DNA from: an uncultured delta proteobacterium
GTDB lineage: Bacteria > Desulfobacterota > Syntrophorhabdia > Syntrophorhabdales > WCHB1-27
Assembly (NCBI GenBank): GCA_963810935.1
Contig: CAWEPK010000001.1
Location: 96,001-160,000 of the forward strand
Length of the DNA: 64,000 nt
Direction of reading: 5' to 3'
Part shown: positions 60,342 through 64,000 of the stretch, in pieces
Position numbering within the stretch: the first letter of the stretch is position 1
Layout of the letters: every line of letters begins with the position of its first letter
The notes under the pieces: model-generated
Seen by the model: only the letters and a program-made list of their open reading frames with translations
What the model was told of the DNA's origin: nothing
The model's database searches: none
Made by a program: the position numbers and the translations under genes

Positions 60342-61045
60342 TGGTTATCTCCGGCCTCACCGTAGCGTATGGCGCCGTCAGGGCGCTGGACGACGTCGCG
60401 ATGGAGGTGCACAAGGGAGAGGTGCTCTCCATCATCGGGGCCAACGGCGCAGGCAAGAGCACGCTTCTGCGCGCAATCGCGGGGTTGGCCAAGCCTGCAT
60501 CGGGGAAGGTGGAGTTCGAGGGCAGGGATATAACGAGGCTGAGGCCGGACAAGATCGTGCGGCTGCGCATATCCCTGGTCCCGGAAGGCAGGCAGATCTT
60601 CCCGAACCTCACCGTCAAAGAGAACTTGGAGGTGGGCGGCCATACGCTCAAAGGCCGTCACGCCAGGCGGACGATCTTCGACATGGCGCTCCAGACGTTC
60701 CCGAGGCTCGCCGAAAGGCTCCACCAGCACGCGGGCACGCTCTCCGGCGGGGAGCAGCAGATGCTCGCGCTGGGCAGGGCGCTCATGGCCGACCCGGTCA
60801 TGCTTCTCCTCGACGAGCCTTCCATGGGCCTCTCGCCCATTATAACGCGCGAGATTTTCTCCCTCGTCGGGACGATAAACAAGGAAAAGGGCATCTCCAT
60901 TGTTCTCGTCGAGCAGAACGCCCATATGGCCCTTGACCATTCACACAGGGCATATGTCCTCGAGACGGGCCGTGTAGTTGCGGAGGGGCCCTCGGCTGCC
61001 GTCAAGTGCGACCCGGCCGTAGTATCTGCCTATCTGGGCGGATAA
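60335..61045 (+). CDS. livF: BCAA ABC ATP-binding protein
   Basis: GANGAGKST, VPEGR, LSGGEQQM and VEQNA motifs. Confidence 0.93.
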   Translation: MLMVISGLTVAYGAVRALDDVAMEVHKGEVLSIIGANGAGKSTLLRAIAGLAKPASGKVEFEGRDITRLRPDKIVRLRISLVPEGRQIFPNLTVKENLEVGGHTLKGRHARRTIFDMALQTFPRLAERLHQHAGTLSGGEQQMLALGRALMADPVMLLLDEPSMGLSPIITREIFSLVGTINKEKGISIVLVEQNAHMALDHSHRAYVLETGRVVAEGPSAAVKCDPAVVSAYLGG

Positions 61046-61103
61046 AAAGGTTAACCCTCATTTTGCAGGCCGCCGAGCGCGTGCCATGACAGGTCCGCAT
61101 ATC

Positions 61104-61132
61104 TTGACAGCCAATCCGCGCGGCTTTATCTT
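61104..61132 (+). promoter_or_regulatory. Putative sigma70 promoter
   Basis: TTGACA-17bp-TATCTT. Confidence 0.6.
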
Positions 61133-61169
61133 GCCATCAGCGGGGTCGGCCATATCAAAGGAGACGAGA

Positions 61170-63879
61170 ATGGGTAAAAACTCTCGACCGCCATTCGTTT
61201 CGATGCCTAAAATCCTTGTGCTTTCCGTGGCTGCCTTGCTCCTTCTGGCCTGCCTTCTCCAGGCGGCGTCGAAGGAAACAACGGGCCCGGAACAGGGTGT
61301 GCTGAAGGCAACCCTGCAAAACGGCCTGAAGGTCGTCATCGTCCATAACGCGCTCGCGCCCGTCGTCACGACGATGATGAACTACATGGTCGGCTCGGTC
61401 GAGGCGCCCGCGGGTTTCAAAGGCATGGCGCATGCGCAGGAGCACATGATGTTCCGGGGCAGCCCGGGGCTTTCGGCGGACCAGTTGGCCGCCATCATCG
61501 CTGCCATGGGAGGGAAGTTCAACGCAGAGACCCAGCAGACGATCACGCAATATTTCCTCACCGTCCCTTCGGCCGATTTTGACGTGGCCTTACGGATAGA
61601 GGCGATCAGGATGATGGGCGTTCTCGACAGTGAGAAACTCTGGGCGCAGGAGAGGGGGGCCATCGAGCAGGAGGTGGCGCAGGACTATTCGAGCCCCGAA
61701 TTCATCTTCTACACTAAACTGCTCGCCGGCATGTTCAAGGGCACGCCTTACGAGGAGAGCCCCCTCGGCAGCGTCGCCTCCTTCGATAAGACGACGGGGG
61801 GGATGCTGAAAAAATTCCACGAGGCATGGTACGCGCCGAATAACGCCATCCTTGTCGTCGTCGGCGACGTGGAGCCTCAAAAGGCGCTCGCTGCCGTAAA
61901 GGCCCGCTTCGAGGTCATACCTGCGAAGAAGCTGCCGGCCAGACCGGCGTTTCACCTGTCGCCGGTCAAGCCTGAAACGATACACCTCACCACGGACGAG
62001 TCGTACGGGCTCGCAATCATCGCATTCCGCCTGCCGGGCTACGACAGCCCCGACTACCCTGCCTGCCTCGTCCTTGCAGACGCCTTAAGCAGCGAGCGAG
62101 GGACGTTATTCAGCCTAGTGCCTGAAGGGAAGGCCCTCTACGCAGGCTTCAGCCTCGATACCTTGCCGCAGGCGGGCCTTGGCTACGCCCTCGCAGCCTT
62201 CCCGAAGGGGGGTGATGCACAGGCCCTGGTGAAAGAGATACGGAAGATACTGGAGGCCACCGTCAAGGGCGGTCTTCCCCCCGATCTTGTCGAGGCCGCG
62301 AAAAAAATGAGGCGGACGAGGGCAGAGCTTAAGAAAAACTCGGTCCTCGGACTGGCCGAGACCTGGTCTGATGCCTTGGCGCTGGAGGGGAAAGAATCAC
62401 CGGAGGAGACTGTACGGGCCATCGAGAGGGTGTCGGTGGATGAAGTGAACGCGGCTGCGCGAAAGTACCTCGACATGGAGCATGCGGTAGTCTCGGTCCT
62501 CACGCCGGAATCCTCAGGCAAGGCTATGCCCGGAAAAACCGGCGGACGGAGGGTCGAGTCATTCACGCCTACGCACGTAAAGCCCGTCGAGCTGCCCGGC
62601 TGGGCAGAAGCCGCGCTCAAGCGCCTGGAGATCCCGAAATCGACCGTAAACCCGGCAGTGACGGTTCTGCCGAACGGCCTGAAGCTCATCGTGCAGCCCG
62701 AATCGGTCAGCGACACGGTATGCGTTTTCGGCCGCGTGCGGAACAATTCCGACATGGAGACGCCGAAAGGGAAAAAGGGCGTTGACGAGGTGTTGGACCA
62801 GTTGTTCTCTTACGGCAGCGCAAACCTCGACCGCGTCGCCTTTCAGAAGGCGCTGGATGAGATAGGCGCGCAGGAATCGGCAGGGGACGATTTCAGCCTC
62901 AAGGTGCTCGCCGGCCATTTCGAAAGGGGTGTTCAGACTCCTTGCCGATAACGAGCTGAACCCCGCGTTTCCGGAAGCGGCCTTCAAAATAGTCAGGCAG
63001 CAGGTCTCAGAGACGGCCGCAGGTAGGCTCGAAAGCCCTGATCACCTCACGAAAAAGGCGCTTGCCGAGTCCCTCTTCCCGAAGGGCGACCCTTCCTTGA
63101 GAGAGGCGACCCCGGAGAGCATCAAGGCCCTTTCCCTGGATGATGTAAGGGCATATTACCGCAAGGTATTCAGGCCGGACCTTACTACGATAGTGGTCAT
63201 GGGGAAGGTGACGCCGGAGACGGCCAGGGCGGTCATTGAGAAGCATTTCGGAGCATGGAAGGCTGAAGGGCCGCAGCCCGACACCTTCCTGCCTCCGGCC
63301 CCGCCGAACCGTCCCTCTATAGTCGGCGTGCCGAACCGCAGCAGGGTGCAGGCAGAGGTCGCCCTTGCGCAAACTCTCGGCCTCACGCGGTCGAACCCGG
63401 AATATTACGCCCTCGAGCTTGGGAACCATGTCCTGGGCGGCGCCTTCTACGCCACTCGGCTCTTCCGCGATCTGAGGGAGGAGACGGGTCTGGTCTACAC
63501 GGTCTCATCGACGTTCGACGTCGGCGTGACGCGCTCCATATACGGCGTCACTTTCGGCTGCGACCCTGGTAACGTGGAAAAGGCATCAGCCATCGTTATC
63601 CGCGACTTAAGGCAGATGCAGACGACGCCTGTCCCTCCGGAGGAGCTAAGGCGGGCAAAGGCCCTGCTGCTCCGGGAGATACCCCTGTCGCAGTCGAGCG
63701 TCGACAGCATCGCGGAGAAGTTGATCTACCTCTCGACGCATTTCCTACCTCTTGACGAGCCGATCGTGGCCGCCAATAGATACGTGGCGCTTTCTGCCGA
63801 CGAGGTAAAGGCGGCTTACGCGAAATGGCTGCGCCCGGTCGATCTGGTCCAGGTAACCCAGGGCCCGCCGGCCAAGTAG
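61170..63879 (+). CDS. M16 family zinc peptidase (exported), +1 frameshift near 62937
   Basis: AHAQEHMMF (HxxEH), Y.PNNA and RLFRDLREETGLVY motifs, plus a signal peptide. Confidence 0.9.
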
Positions 63880-64000
63880 GGGGGGCAGGGAAGGAAAACA
63901 ACGGGAATATGCATACAATTTCGAGGGCATATATCGCATCCCGGAGAGGGAGATTGTAACGCTTGTGCGCACGATACGGTCGAAGGTGACGCTATCGGCC

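Noticed and set aside
63880..64000. Possible gene start at the window end
   Set aside because: Too short, with no clear start or recognisable motif.

Overview
This is a GC-rich bacterial chromosomal segment. Its gene content (PFOR, GlcD/GlcF-like redox cluster, AbfD-like enzyme, HesB-like protein) suggests an anaerobic Desulfobacterota / Syntrophorhabdaceae-like organism; that assignment is inference only. Most genes are housekeeping or metabolic: pst/phoU, typA, tkt-tal-zwf-pgl, nifJ, hisS, liv, ABC transporters, vapBC and bacterioferritin. About 12 genes carry single-base +1 insertions, most likely sequencing or assembly errors. The most interesting signals lie outside the ORF track. (1) Two related Phe/Tyr leader-peptide attenuators, one before tandem class I aminotransferases and one before an uncharacterised metallo-beta-lactamase-fold hydrolase, which hints that the hydrolase acts in aromatic amino-acid supply. 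(2) A three-gene operon: MoxR/AAA_5-like ATPase, a 37-aa-repeat protein and a HExxH-vWA protein. (3) Two tandem candidate small RNAs, each with a near-consensus sigma70 promoter and a GGUGGG/CCCACC closing stem. (4) Three families of intergenic REP-like hairpin repeats.
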